Source of the DNA: Phoronis australis
Lineage: Eukaryota; Animalia; Phoronida
Length of the DNA stretch: 59,512 nucleotides
Assembly (NCBI GenBank): GCA_002633005.1
Contig: NMRA01000073.1
Coordinates: 1,066,213 to 1,125,724, forward strand
Reading direction: 5' to 3'
Under the pieces are notes generated by a model. The model had not been told where the DNA came from and ran no database searches. It was given only the letters and a program-made list of their open reading frames with translations. Shown one piece after another: positions 12,301-24,687 of the stretch; position 1 is the first letter of the stretch, and the number at the start of each line of letters is the position of its first letter. Position numbers and translations under genes: made by a program.

Positions 12301-13721
12301 ATAAATAAATTTTAAACTTCAATCAATAAAGTTTGTGGACCAAGTGCCAAATAAAAGCTATCAATGAACATTGGAAAGTCCATTGTACAACTTCTTGTAG
12401 AAAACTTTTGTGTTGTTATGTTTGAGATAATCATACAATTGGAAAAATTCTCCAGTGTGGGACAATGTTTAGAATTTGTAATAACGAACGTGAATCCCAA
12501 ATTGAATGCTCCTGATTCTGAAGACGAGAACAAAGATGGGCGATTTTGACACTGATCATATTTCTCAAGTATCGGATGTCATATTCTTTACTATGGTCAG
12601 TTTATCTTTTGTTTTAATCTAATGTTTGAATAGTGTTTCCTGCACTAGATAGCTATCTGTCTCTTTCCTGTCATAGCCCACTGTGTACACCATCATGATT
12701 ATTGTTCAAGAAAGAATCTATGTTCGTTTTTGCCTCTATGACCATCCTTAATATAACATAGGACACTGCGTTTTGTATCAAAAGTCTGAAAATAAAATTG
12801 GTAGTTCACAAAATTGTTGAAAATGGCCACCAGTGCAACATGTCTATGATGTCCATGGTGTGGAACATCAAGGTTGTTCTTGATCGTAATTCTTCAATTT
12901 GGGGATGGCTAATATTGCCTATTGCTAAACTGTGTTATTACAAACTCTTCACTGCAGAAGGCGGACTGTTCTGGCGATTTTGTTATTAGCATAAGTGCTA
13001 TCAATAACGCTAACATTTTAAACAGTTTGCAGTTGGTTAGAAATCTTCTGGAGTTTATGCATCACCATATCGACAAGTCTGTACATTGAGCCAAGTACGT
13101 GCGAAACTATAGAATATGAATTGGCTAAAGTACGGTATATCATAACTGAAAGTAGAAATTCTGTAGAAGTTGACTTTTGACTTTGTGCCATTTTTGTAAA
13201 GTTTATCAAAAATAGAAAGGTACATTTCATAGCAAAAGAACAGGATCACTAACACGACCAAATTTCGAGTGGTATAAATGTTCAAGGTAAAATCTCAAAT
13301 AGGCTGTTACAGTTTCATAAATTGTTTTTCTTTCCTTTTATGCCACTTGAAAACATTTGATAGCCCCTCATGCTAAAGTGGAACATTTCAAAAAAATCCC
13401 AAAGAGTTTTGGAGAACATTGAATAAAACCTAGTATCTGAAAGTTTCATGTGAATCAGACATTTCTGATATAGGATGTTCCTTTGTTGGCCAAAATGGGA
13501 TATTTTTCTAGGGTCTTGGGTAACCTTATGTGACATACTTCCAACCCAGGTGTCAAAATACCAACCTTTCACCCCTTTTATTTCTCACACGTGGAATGGT
13601 CCATGTGAAAGTCTGGGGATACAAGCAAATAAGACTGCTGGGCATTGATAAAGCTGTAATGCAATGAGTTGGGATTTTTATTGATTTCTCTGAGAAAAAA
13701 TTCTGGTGTTCGTTCTTCACT

Positions 13722-13779
13722 ATGGCTCAGTTATCCTCGATTTTTATGGCTCGTGTACAAAATTTCAGGCGAAAAGTTG
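13722..13779 (+). CDS. Candidate alternative first coding exon of FGD
   Basis: ACTATGG start context, MAQLSSIFMARVQNFRRKV, then G|GTAAGT consensus donor in phase 1. No homology support. Confidence 0.35.
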
Positions 13780-14644
13780 GTAAGTTTTTCCTTTGTACGT
13801 AGCTGTCATTATCAGTTATTTCTTCTTGTTTATCAGTAATATGTTGATGTCTTTTTAACAATTTGTTTTCAAATCATATGTTGTTGTTGTTTATGAGCTT
13901 GTTTCGAAGCCAAACAACCTCTTATCAATCGTTCTGAGAACTACTTGCCTCCAGAACATAGTCATTCGATTGTGTTGGAAATAATGTTTACATCTTTAAG
14001 GTGGCAGCCCTCTTTGATTCCATTATCATAACCAATTTATGAAGTTTAGACTTTTTACCATTATGAAATTGGCCTCAAATTGTTGTTTAGTCAAACTGGA
14101 AGGGAATTCAAGGCTTTGAGAGAGCCTGCAGTTCATTTTCATGGAAGGCTCTAGAAGTTGGCTTGCCTTGGGTGTCATTTTATGTGGCCACAGCATAGTC
14201 GTAATGATTAACGATCTGTCTGTTCTATGCAAACCCAGAAGTCACTTCTCATCTTGGTAAGGAACAAGTTCAGGTCACTTGAACAGCAGTGAGTGGTAAA
14301 AATCAAAAACTCACTTTTTAAATTGAACTCAAGTGTATTAACGCATTAATACCTCTTAAGCTATCATTTGTAAACTGCTAATGTCAATAAGAAAACCATT
14401 TTAAAGAATTTTAAATGGTAGAGAATTTTTATTCAATTGATTTTCCCAGTTTCACTTAGATGACCTCATTTGTTGCCAATAATTTTCTTTGCTTCAAAAC
14501 TATAGTAGCATTGTCATTGAGTTTCGGAAGGCAAGTGAGCGACATCTAAAGTGACATTGACTCAATATTTACTTAGCTCATTTCTATTTTTTAGTTGTTG
14601 TTGTTGTTGACCTGCTTTAAATCCAGTAACTCTGAAAGTGGAAT

Positions 14645-14800
14645 CAAGAGTGGGAAGGGGCTCAGGATAGGGTGAGGAGTGCACGAGGTTGTGGAGAGGG
14701 GTAGGAGTGGGAGAAGGGGTGGAAATATGGTTAGATAGAGCGTGGGGGGTGGGAGGGGGGGTGGAGGAGGGGGGTTGAGTGGAGAGGGGGGGGGGTTGGA
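14645..14800 (+). repeat. G-rich low-complexity tract (G-quadruplex-capable)
   Basis: Multiple G runs of 3 or more bases between 14744 and 14799. Confidence 0.7.
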
Positions 14801-17800
14801 ATTTTGAGTTTCAAAATGTCTACACGATTTACTTCAATAATGCTGTTCTGGAACAAATTCAGGATTTTTGAAGGATGTAGGATGTCAGAAAATAATTTAA
14901 ATAGTTATTGTTTAAATTTTAATTTAATTTTGATGTAACAGGTGTATTCAGAACTTCACTTCTGTTGATGTATTCCTATAATGTTGACTGGTTCTGTTGT
15001 CATTACTCAGTTAGTAAAGTTTTATTTGGGTCCCAAATAAAAGAGATTCTGCCATCCATTCATTGAGTAATTATGTTCTAGTGCAGTACACTCCAAAAAT
15101 AACGTAAGGTGTTGACCCAGAATTCCCTGTCATTACTATCCACAGCACAGGAAGACTTCCCGATCTTGATGGCTGAGTACTAGTGGAAGTGGAATTTTGA
15201 GTGGTGATGGTGGTGACGGGGAAATGGAATTTTGTTGATAGAATCAGAATATTAACAAAGGCATGCACACCTTTACAAATATATTCGAAATCCAATTAAC
15301 ATTTTAAACATTACTTTTATGGTTGATGAAACTCCTGTGCTTTGCAAACAAACCAAGACAATACACTGCTAATTGTCATTATCTGTCATTTTCTCAGTCC
15401 TCTGTTTGCACTGTAGGTGGTGTGAGTGATCATTATGGGGTTGAGTATGTGGGTACCTTTTATTATGAAGCATTAGCACATTTCTGATATAGTTATGGCA
15501 TTATGAAATAAGCCCTATTGCTAGATAGTGATAAAAATGCATTTTGTGAACAACTGCTTTGTGCCACCTACAGTTTGCCTGTGTGTTGAATCGAGCTGTG
15601 ATGCTGTTGGTTTTCATACAGTGTTTTTGACATGACTTGATTTCAAATTCTTGTCTGCAACATGGAGCGAGTTCAGTCAAAGATGAAATCCGTTTATTTT
15701 TTTCATTCATGGACATTTTTGGGTGTTGGGATTTTGTGTGTGAATCATAGAAATACGCCTTAGTCGCCATTGGTGTAATTCGAAGGCAAGATCAGAAGAA
15801 AGTCACTTCTGTGCTCTCATTTTTCTAGAGAGTTGTATGTTTGCTATTTCTAGGAATTTTACCGCAAGGTATTTCGCAGCATTTCCAGTGTGTCGCCAAG
15901 TTTTTTTTAGATAGTTCCCCCGTCATCCTCTTTTCACTACGGAAGTTAAATTGTGACGTATGTTCCGACAGCCCTGAAATCATTGGTGGATGTAGTAGGT
16001 CACTAGATCCCCTTTCTGCCGATGTGACCAAAAACACCGCCGACGTGTAGTTCTCGGCACTTAAGAAGATATTTCATCACTTGAAAACTTGTGATAGAAT
16101 GCAGGACAGTGCTCAGTTTCATGTATTTGCTATTTTTAAAAAGCAATAGGATTTTTCATTCAGAAAGCAGTCTCTTTTGTAGCATGTTTTCTGAACACGC
16201 AAGAGTATTCTCGGTGGCGCAAAACAATTCTTTGGTTTTTAATTGTTCTTGCATCCTAGTTAAGTTCAAATTTAAAGTGACATGCTGTGCTAACTACATG
16301 TAGGTCAAGTTGAAGTTTTACAAAATTTTAAACTCAAATAAGTCAACTGTAGTGACAATGTTGAATCAAAACATATAATTATATGCAATCTGTGGTGTTA
16401 TCATGTTTAATTGGGAATGCCAACTTTTAATATTAAACAAAAAAACAAATATGGGTTCCGTCCAAAATAAAAACCAAAACTATAGTTGTCTAAGATGACT
16501 GTCTGAAGCTTTTAATTTTCCCTTTTCTGCCTGGTGTTATGTAAATATAAGCAACACCTTATGATGAGTCAAGAAATCTTAATCAATATCACATATTCCC
16601 ATTCCTCTGAGCCAGTCATGCCTCATGTGATTTCGTCTGTTCTTCATTAAAATACAGGTTGACATCACTGTCAATTAGACTCAGTCTCAGCCTGGCATTT
16701 AAACTCAGCAACATCATATATAAACAAAATCTTGGGAATTTCCCTGAACTGAGATGTTTTTTGATAACATAAATGCCTTCACTGTGAATAACCTGAACAT
16801 CATTCAGGATCATCAGGGGGTTAAATAGTATCTATGGGCAGAGATGAAGGCCACCCATTACCCAAAATAACATGCCCTAGTAGCCTCCCCCCTCCATTTT
16901 GTGGAAATTCTTGAGGCTTGTGATAGACCTCAATTAACCCTGTTAAAACTTTATTTTTTTGCCCAGGTTGGTTCTTTTTCCTTTCCTTTGGTATTTCTCA
17001 ATTACAATTTTAATGATTAAAATGGTTAATGTGCTGCTCAGTAAGTGCCCTATAAGAATACAATCAACTTTCCTTCAAGTGATACATGCGATTCTTAGAC
17101 ATGTTTTGTGAGAGGTGAGAGGTCATAGCACAATACACTTTCAGAGTGGTCTATTATGTAACACGGGTCATATCGTCTTTTTCAAAAACATTGTGTTTCA
17201 CTGTTCAACTTCTGCATGCCTTGTTGTGACGAGATATTTGGGTAAGTTCATGTGGTTTTATTGTTCCACATTTGTAATTGTTTTTACAAGGCATCAGGTG
17301 TATTGATAATCGGTATTTAGACGAAACCGAAAGTTTGTTCCCACAGTGTTCCGACTGTCAATGTTTGGTGTGTGCGTGTTGAACTAACTATACCACAGTA
17401 CTTCCAGTGGTTCGAAACTGGTAAAAAAATAACCACTTATCGGTTATGAAATTGTTTTCATTTGTTGTTCCTTAGCCAAATTAAGATGATTTCAGGTCTT
17501 TGAAAAACCGACAGTTTGGTATTGCTTGAGATGTGGCCATGCAAGTTTGCTTGTCTTGGCGTGTCATTTTATACGGCATCGTCAGCGTTGTCTTAACGAA
17601 TAACGAACTGTTAGTTCTTTACAATCCACAAATCATTTCTCATCGCAGGAAGGAACAAGTCAAGACCAATTTTATAGCGATAAGTGGCCAAAGTCAAAAG
17701 TTTGCTTTTTTTACTGAACATACAGATAGTCATGTGGTCAGAGAGTATTGTCTGTGTGGGACAATACATATTTGGGGTTCCACTCATATTCCGACATTCA

Positions 17801-17911
17801 GCGCAATAACTATGCCCTGAAATTTCCAAATTTTCATTCACTAATAAACCTCTATCAGCTCAGCCACGTCACCCAACTCCAATTTACACTATGGAGACGC
17901 TCTTGGAGTAC

Positions 17912-17913
<2 letters not shown>

Positions 17914-17952
<39 letters not shown>

Positions 17953-17972
17953 CGTGCGTGCGTGTGTGTGTG
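17914..17972. repeat. Compound (TG)n/(CGTG)n microsatellite
   Basis: Directly visible. Confidence 0.97.
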
Positions 17973-19139
17973 ATTTTCTGTCTTACAAGAATTTTAGCTC
18001 CCAATCATACGAAACTCACATTCTTTTTTGGGTAACACATATCGTAGTCAAATTAGCCCATTTTTACTGATTTTTGAATCTCTCAATTTTCTCACCTTGT
18101 GTATTGACTGTGGAATAGTGCGATTGCCAAAAGAGAAAACGACTGAAATTTGACAGCTTTATACTTATGTAGTATTCTACAACAGGACCTTCACTCATCG
18201 GAGGGGACAGGTGCCTGTGCCTTGTAAGGTACATGTAGTTTGGTTGAATTGTACCCCCCTCCCCACGTTGGGCCATCACCAATTCCGTCCTTCGGTCGCC
18301 ACTCCAAGTCGGCAATGCAGAAATAACTTGGAGTGAAATTTCATCACTGGAGGGGAATTTGTAGGCTTCATGATGAATATTGCAGTCATTATTGAATATT
18401 TTTCATCAAGGAATCAAGAGCCTTGTACAAAATGTTAATGTCAGGAAAGAAAACATGGCTACAACAGTTTTACCCCATTCACAAACTGGCAAAAGGCTAT
18501 TAGACTAGCATTTTCTTTCTCACCACTCTTGTAAACATATGGGTAGTTTTATGGCTCTCTGATACTGGTTTGACTATGAGTGACATGTGTGAATCTTTCT
18601 CTGAAATAGACACCAGCAATGAGCACCATATGGATTTTGAGAATTGTGAGACTGCATCTTACCATAAATCTTTGACTGGGTTCATGCTATCTGTTTTTTA
18701 CCAACATGGCAAATTAGCAGCACATGTTCAAGTCCCCTGTTTTAATGGACGTAAATTTAGTAGGGATAAGGTTTGTTTATCATCCGTGTCTAAAAGGTCT
18801 TTTGGTAATTGAAGAAGGGCTGTCGAGACTTGTTGTACTTTAAGGGTCTATCCCAGTTCACTGGTTTAGAATTTTTCCTCATTGACTAAAATTTCATAAT
18901 ATATAATCCATCAGCAAATCTTAGGTAACTTCCTCCTTGAAAGTCTCGCTACAAAAAATAATTGCAATCATAATTGCTGGCAGCCTGGTATATGTGGTGT
19001 CAGACATTGCGGTATCAGACATACGCAGGCTGCTCAAGTAGGCCCATTGCACTGATCACCTGGAACGATTTTTATGCTTTATTATTATGTATATAAAATG
19101 AGCTGAGGAGCTAGAGACCTCACATCAGGGTCTGTCAGT

Positions 19140-19211
19140 GTGCCTCAGTGGGACTCGAACTCACGATCTTAGTAAAGGAAGCAGGCACTTATCCCAATAG
19201 GCCACACTGTC
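19140..19211 (-). mobile_element. tRNA-derived (Arg-like) SINE head or tRNA pseudogene
   Basis: Minus strand reads GTGGCCTATTGGGATAAG (box A, like tRNA-Arg GTGGCCTAATGGATAAG) ... AAGATCGTGAGTTCGAGTCCCAC (box B). Stems are degenerate. Confidence 0.6.
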
Positions 19212-22200
19212 TCGTTCTAAAGTCACATGTACTGGAAAATGTCACTGAAAATAACCGTCAAAATTGCCCTTGCCATTTTCAAGGCTTCTTACATTATTGT
19301 GAATGCCACCTATGATATTGTTTGATGCAAAACATGGTGTTTAAAGCAGTACAGTTCTCCTATGAGAAAATGAGCAAATACTGTTTTAGTGCTGTGCCAC
19401 TCTGTGTTCTCCATAGTACTCAAACTTAGAGATGTCTGTTGAGTATGTCTGAAATGAATTTGGGCTGTCTGCATCTCTAACTTAGCAGGCTTTTTAGTTT
19501 TTGGTGAAATAGTTTATTGACTGAAACTGATAGACTCCAGGAAATATTTTTGAAGACTGTTATTTCAAAGTGCTTTCAAACTTGAATGCAAATTTTTGTG
19601 TTTGTCTTTGTTTAATATGAAAGTTAAGTCTGACTTGGGGGGAGGGGTGTAAATTTTACAAGAGCGAGGTTACTCAACTGGTCATAATATGCCACAAGCT
19701 TTGCCTTGTCACAACACTTTAGTTATATCTGTCCCTAAACATTTAGGGTACTGGAAAGTTTAAGGAGTGTCAACTAACTATTAATAAGCCACCTGCCTGA
19801 GTTTCCTAACTTAGCAAAAAAGTGAATAGAGTGTTATTTATTTCATAAACTTGCACAAGGTCTATACACCTGCACCTGGAAAACCAGCACCAGGTCTTAC
19901 AAACCTCAGGTGGATGTAAGAATCTTACGAAGGATGTCAGTGTGATCACAGGCTTTGCATGCAATACATGGTGATATCTTGTGTGATGTTGTGCTTTGGC
20001 AAGGTTTTCACATCTTCAGAACACAGGGTTAGCAACATGACAACAAGGGAAATGGCACGGTACAAAACTCCGCTTTCTTTCTGTACTCGCTGAAATTCTG
20101 TTTTGCCAACGTTGTTCAAACCCTTCAGAATTGGGTTGCTTCTCACTATATATTTGCAGATGTTATTATGATCACTTTTTTGTCAGCCTAAGCCAACATT
20201 TTTATCAGGGAGCAAGGAAAACTTTATAAGTTATTTGTTAAGAGATAACCAGCCTATTTCACGAATATGTTTGCATTGTAAAGAATTTACTATTTAAATC
20301 ATCTCAAATTTTTATATAATCATGTAGCATTCATGGGACAGTATTTGCAGCGGCTTGGTGCAATCTTCCCCATCTGTAGCAGTAGGCAAACATGGAAGAA
20401 TGACTCCACAGCATCAGTAAATTAGGTCTGGCAGTCTCTTCTGATGGCAGACTTTCTCTTTGATATTGATATTGTAATGACCTGGTAGTGGAGGAGATAC
20501 CCTGGTTTTGTTGTCTGGTACCACTGCAAAGCTTGGTTGATTGGTTTTAGTGATTTGTATGAGAACCAACATGAGAATGGATTTTTTTGTGAACCTTTTT
20601 CAATTTGTGACAAAAATAATTGCCAAAATCACTGTTTTTCAAAGCTTAATATTTCGTTGCTGTTGAAATTTATTTTGACGACTTATTGCCATACATACTA
20701 TTGTATCAAGAAAGCAAAATGTCTTCGTTTAAAGTTATTTTTGGCAAAACTAAATTATACTTGCCGGCCCTTGTGCATCCTAGACTGAAGGTTTTTTCTG
20801 CAGATTGAGTTGTGTGTTCCATTATACTATTTTATTTACACGCAAAATATGAGATGCAGCAGATATGGATGGCCTGACTTCTCAAACACCCAAGCTTCCT
20901 TCTGTCTTCCATAGAAAAGTTCATGTATGACACAATTGTCGAGAAATGTTACAAGCACGACCCCTTTTGAAATCCTGGCAGGTAACCCTGCTGAGGTACA
21001 GTAAAGTCTCGTCAATTTTGGACAATTTCTGCCAGAAATGTCTTTTTATTCATTTTTCTTATAATGTTTGAATGCTCTCATTTGTTGACAGATTGTCTGG
21101 TGGTATCTGTATTACAGAACTTGAATAAGATTGAAAAAGCATTATTTTGGTGCTATATATCTTTTATAATGGAAAATAGGAAAATAGGAAAATAAAATTT
21201 TACTTATGGGTTGTGTTATCAACTGGTGACATTTTAGCAATCGTCATTTTGTAGGGGTCCTGGAATTTGAGAACCAGTGCAGAAAACCAGTCCTCAAAAT
21301 GCAGAATCCCTGAGTGACAAAATTTTAGAGTAATATAAGAATATTGGTTGCCAGTATTTAGGGATGTTGTCAGTTCAGTCATCTGGTCATTACCTTGGCA
21401 CTTCCTTGTTTTTCCAACTCATTGCCTTTTGGTTTGTATTTTGTCTGGTTTGCTATGCTGTGGTTCTTGTCAAATCCCTCAAGATCTTAACTTTCCAGGT
21501 TGGCATGTTTACTATCAAATCTGAGGTTATTTCTTGGCTGTCAGGGGTCATGCTGGCTCTATCAAATGCTCAAGTGTTGCTGCTGGACTGCACTAATGTG
21601 TATCACATGTTATGAGATAATAATAAATTGAGGTTGTATATTGCTCCTCAGTACTTCAAACCCAACAAACATTTGCTCCTGTTTACTCTGCCTGAACCTT
21701 TGTTGTCTGTTGGCTTCAGGCTTCAAGTCTGGCTTTGTATTTAGAATGAGGATGATCTGGTCTGGTTATGTTAACTCAGTTGGAGGCAATGAACCTTGAG
21801 CTAGTCCAATATTGTGTGGAGTCCAACAGTACTTTCCTTATGTTTGAGGAAGTGCAGTTATTTCCTCACCTCAAACATTTGTTGTATGGTTCTCATTGTA
21901 ATATACCCTCACCTGTGTGGGATTTTAAGGTTGAAATATTTGTCAAATTTTGAAGTCATAAGCGTAAATTCTTCGAAATGATTCGCCAATAGTACAAATC
22001 TACTGACCTCTAAGGGTGTGGGTGGGTGTTACATTTTCATTTTCTGAATTTTCCATTTGTGCACCGTGTCTTCTGGCTAAAAATTTGCATGAATTCCTGA
22101 CAGATGCTCCATATTCATGAGACTTGTCGGCCCTTCACAAGTGAAGACTTTTTATCACAATCTTATTAAGGAAATAGAATTGGTTGGTATTGAAATCCAT

Positions 22201-23605
22201 TGATGGCGTGCGACAATTTCCTTGAATATTTGTAGTAATAAATCTTCAGTTCACCCAACATTGAGGACAAAGTGTGCAATGAATGGGTGGATGTTGGAGG
22301 AGCCTCAGTGCTGTAGTGGTAAAATTAGAGGTAAGTAGGTGCCCAAAGCCCACAATATCACCTTGATCACTGAACGTAACTTACAGTGCGTAGGTGCTAC
22401 GTTCAGATGCCAAAAGGTGGTTGGCTGCGCCTACGTGTGCCTACGCCCCACTACAGCATTGACTAGCCTGCTGTTAATTTCTTCACCTATTGGGGATACA
22501 AGAGATACTTTACTTGATTAAATTCCCTAAGAAACATAAAGATTAAAAAAATTATTTACTCTATTCACTTAGTTTATACTGTACAGGTGTTACAAAACAA
22601 CGCTTGGAAACGTGTCTTTCATTTTTGGAACATAATCAGGCTTTGGAATTCAGAAAAATTACAATCCTATTAATTCCTTTTGTGCAGATTACGGGTTAGT
22701 AAAGAATTACATAATGTTATCTAAAGAATTACTTTATCTTAACCCACCATTTCAGTTTTGTTCATGATAGTTTCAGTTATAGTTGATAGGTGTCACTTTT
22801 GACTTTAAATCTTGACTCAACTTTTACCTGTGGTGATGGTCTTTAGACCAAGTCTCTGGGGAGCAGTCATGGCATGCGCTCAGTAATGCTAGGACCTAGC
22901 TAAATTCTGGCCACAGTCATGCGTTCTCATTTAAAATGCACGGCAGTATATCTCACGTAATCTCCCGAAGTCTTGCTAGCGAGGCCCTAGCGTTACTGAA
23001 GGAGAGGCTGTCATTCTTTGCCTATGTAACACACTGTATGATGAAATTTTACTGCTATTAAGAAAATATTAGCCTATTAGTCTAGTTTGTAGCCAGTGGA
23101 TGCCATAAGACAAAATTCTGTTAAGTTTATATAATTTGCAGCAAATTAATCAGTCTCTGAAAAATGTAAAAATGAGAATGCTGGCAATTATTTGTGTACA
23201 AAATAAGTGGAGAGTCACTATAATTAACTCTGAAATATGTCTTCTAAGTTAACCACTGCATACATGCCAACCATTTTTGCTGTAACCATAGCAATTTTCG
23301 TAAAACACCACAGCAAGCCATAGCGCTGATGAAAACAAAAGTGTCAAAATGCATTGCAAGTACCTACTTACCTATTAGAGGCTCTTACATCTAGTAACTT
23401 AGTGTAGTTATACTCCTTGGTAACTCCTTTGGCCCTGTCGAGCAAGGCTCGTGATATGAGATTATATCGATAAAAGAGATTACCAGTAAAAGCCAAAGCG
23501 AAGGTTTGAAAACTTTATTACGAACATTGGCAAAGTGCGCATAAAAAACGAAAATACTGAGCATTTTGGCGCTACACCGTAGCTCTACAAAAAAGGTCAA
23601 AAATA

Positions 23606-23922
23606 CGTCGTTGGTAGTCCTTCGGGTCCGAAGATAACGTAGGTTGTGTGTCTCATCGTCTATGTACACGAAGATGGCTCTGCAGTCCTAGTCTTGACGC
23701 GCAGAGTCGAGAACAGGCGGGGCATTGGAACTCCGTCGTGGTAACAGTGGTGGATGCTGCTGAGTGGCGTTTCTCTCGAGCAGCTTCGAGTCTTTTACAG
23801 CGGTCATCCTCAAAACTGGCAGTTGCTCGCCACTTTGGTCTCTCTCCTGCAACAGCTTTCAGCTCCTTGGGTTTGATGTTGCACCACTTCAGGTTTCTTT
23901 GACGGTGTCTTTGTAACGTAAT
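23606..23922 (-). mobile_element. 5'-truncated RTE-type LINE, 3' end of ORF2 plus 3' UTR
   Basis: LRYKDTVK / frameshift / NLKWCNIKP...ERPKWRA...FE...FQCPACSRLCASRLGLQSHLRVH*, the typical RTE ORF2 C-terminal C2H2 zinc-finger tail, followed by a short CTTCGG-ACC-CGAAG hairpin 3' UTR. Confidence 0.8.
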
Positions 23923-24240
23923 TCCCATGTTGGTTGACGTGTGTGGCAGTGCTTTGTATTCTTTGTTGTCATCACACAAATGGGCTTTCCTTTTTCAAGA
24001 GAACTAAGATACCCCTTACCACCCCTGTGTGAATTTAATGAGCCGTTCTGACTGGGGCCACAATCAATATCTATTGCAGTTATTAGCTCCAATCTTTCAC
24101 ATTTGACAGGGTAAGACAGCTGGAGACAGAACTGTTTACCACAAATCACCTTCTCTGCTGCTGACCACAAATTCACCTATTTACACAAAATTAGAATCTA
24201 GTCAGATTTTACAACAGGACTGAAAAGCACATATTTCATT

Positions 24241-24687
24241 CTCTGCAGTATGAGGGGAACTTCTCTGCAGTATGAGGGGAACCTCTGCAGTATGAGGGAG
24301 ACCTCTCTGCAGTATGAGGGGACCTCTCTGCAGTGTGAGGGGAACCTCTCTGCAGTATGAGGGAACTTCTCTGCAGTATGAGGGGACCTCTCTGCATTGT
24401 GAGGGGAACCTCTTTGCAGTATGAGGGGAACCTCTCTCCAGTATGAGGGGACCTCTCTGCAGTGTGAGGGGAACTTCTCTGTAGTATGAGGGTAACCTCT
24501 CTACAGTATGAGGGGATCTTTTGTAGAATGAGGGGAACCTCTGCAGTATGAGGAGAACCTCTGCAGTATGAGGGGACCTCTCTGCAGTATGAGGGGAACC
24601 TCTGTGCCGTATGAGGGGACCTCTACGGTATGAGGGGAACCTCTCTGCAGCATGAGGGGAACCTCTCTGTAGTATGAGGGGAACCTC
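24241..24687. repeat. ~22-bp minisatellite, about 20 copies
   Basis: Consensus CTCTCTGCAGTATGAGGGGAAC. Explains the repetitive ORFs 24202- and 24501-. Confidence 0.95.

Noticed and set aside
15826-16060. CpG-richer segment with a 69-aa ORF in the FGD intron
   Set aside because: No good donor and no homology. More likely a decayed repeat.
19140-19211. Functional tRNA gene (also considered 35540-35598 and 42080-42118)
   Set aside because: Box A/B-like motifs are present, but acceptor and/or anticodon stems are not intact, so these were treated as tRNA-derived repeats.
23653-23979. Standalone C2H2 zinc-finger gene
   Set aside because: Frameshifted, 5'-truncated, and matches an RTE LINE ORF2 tail.
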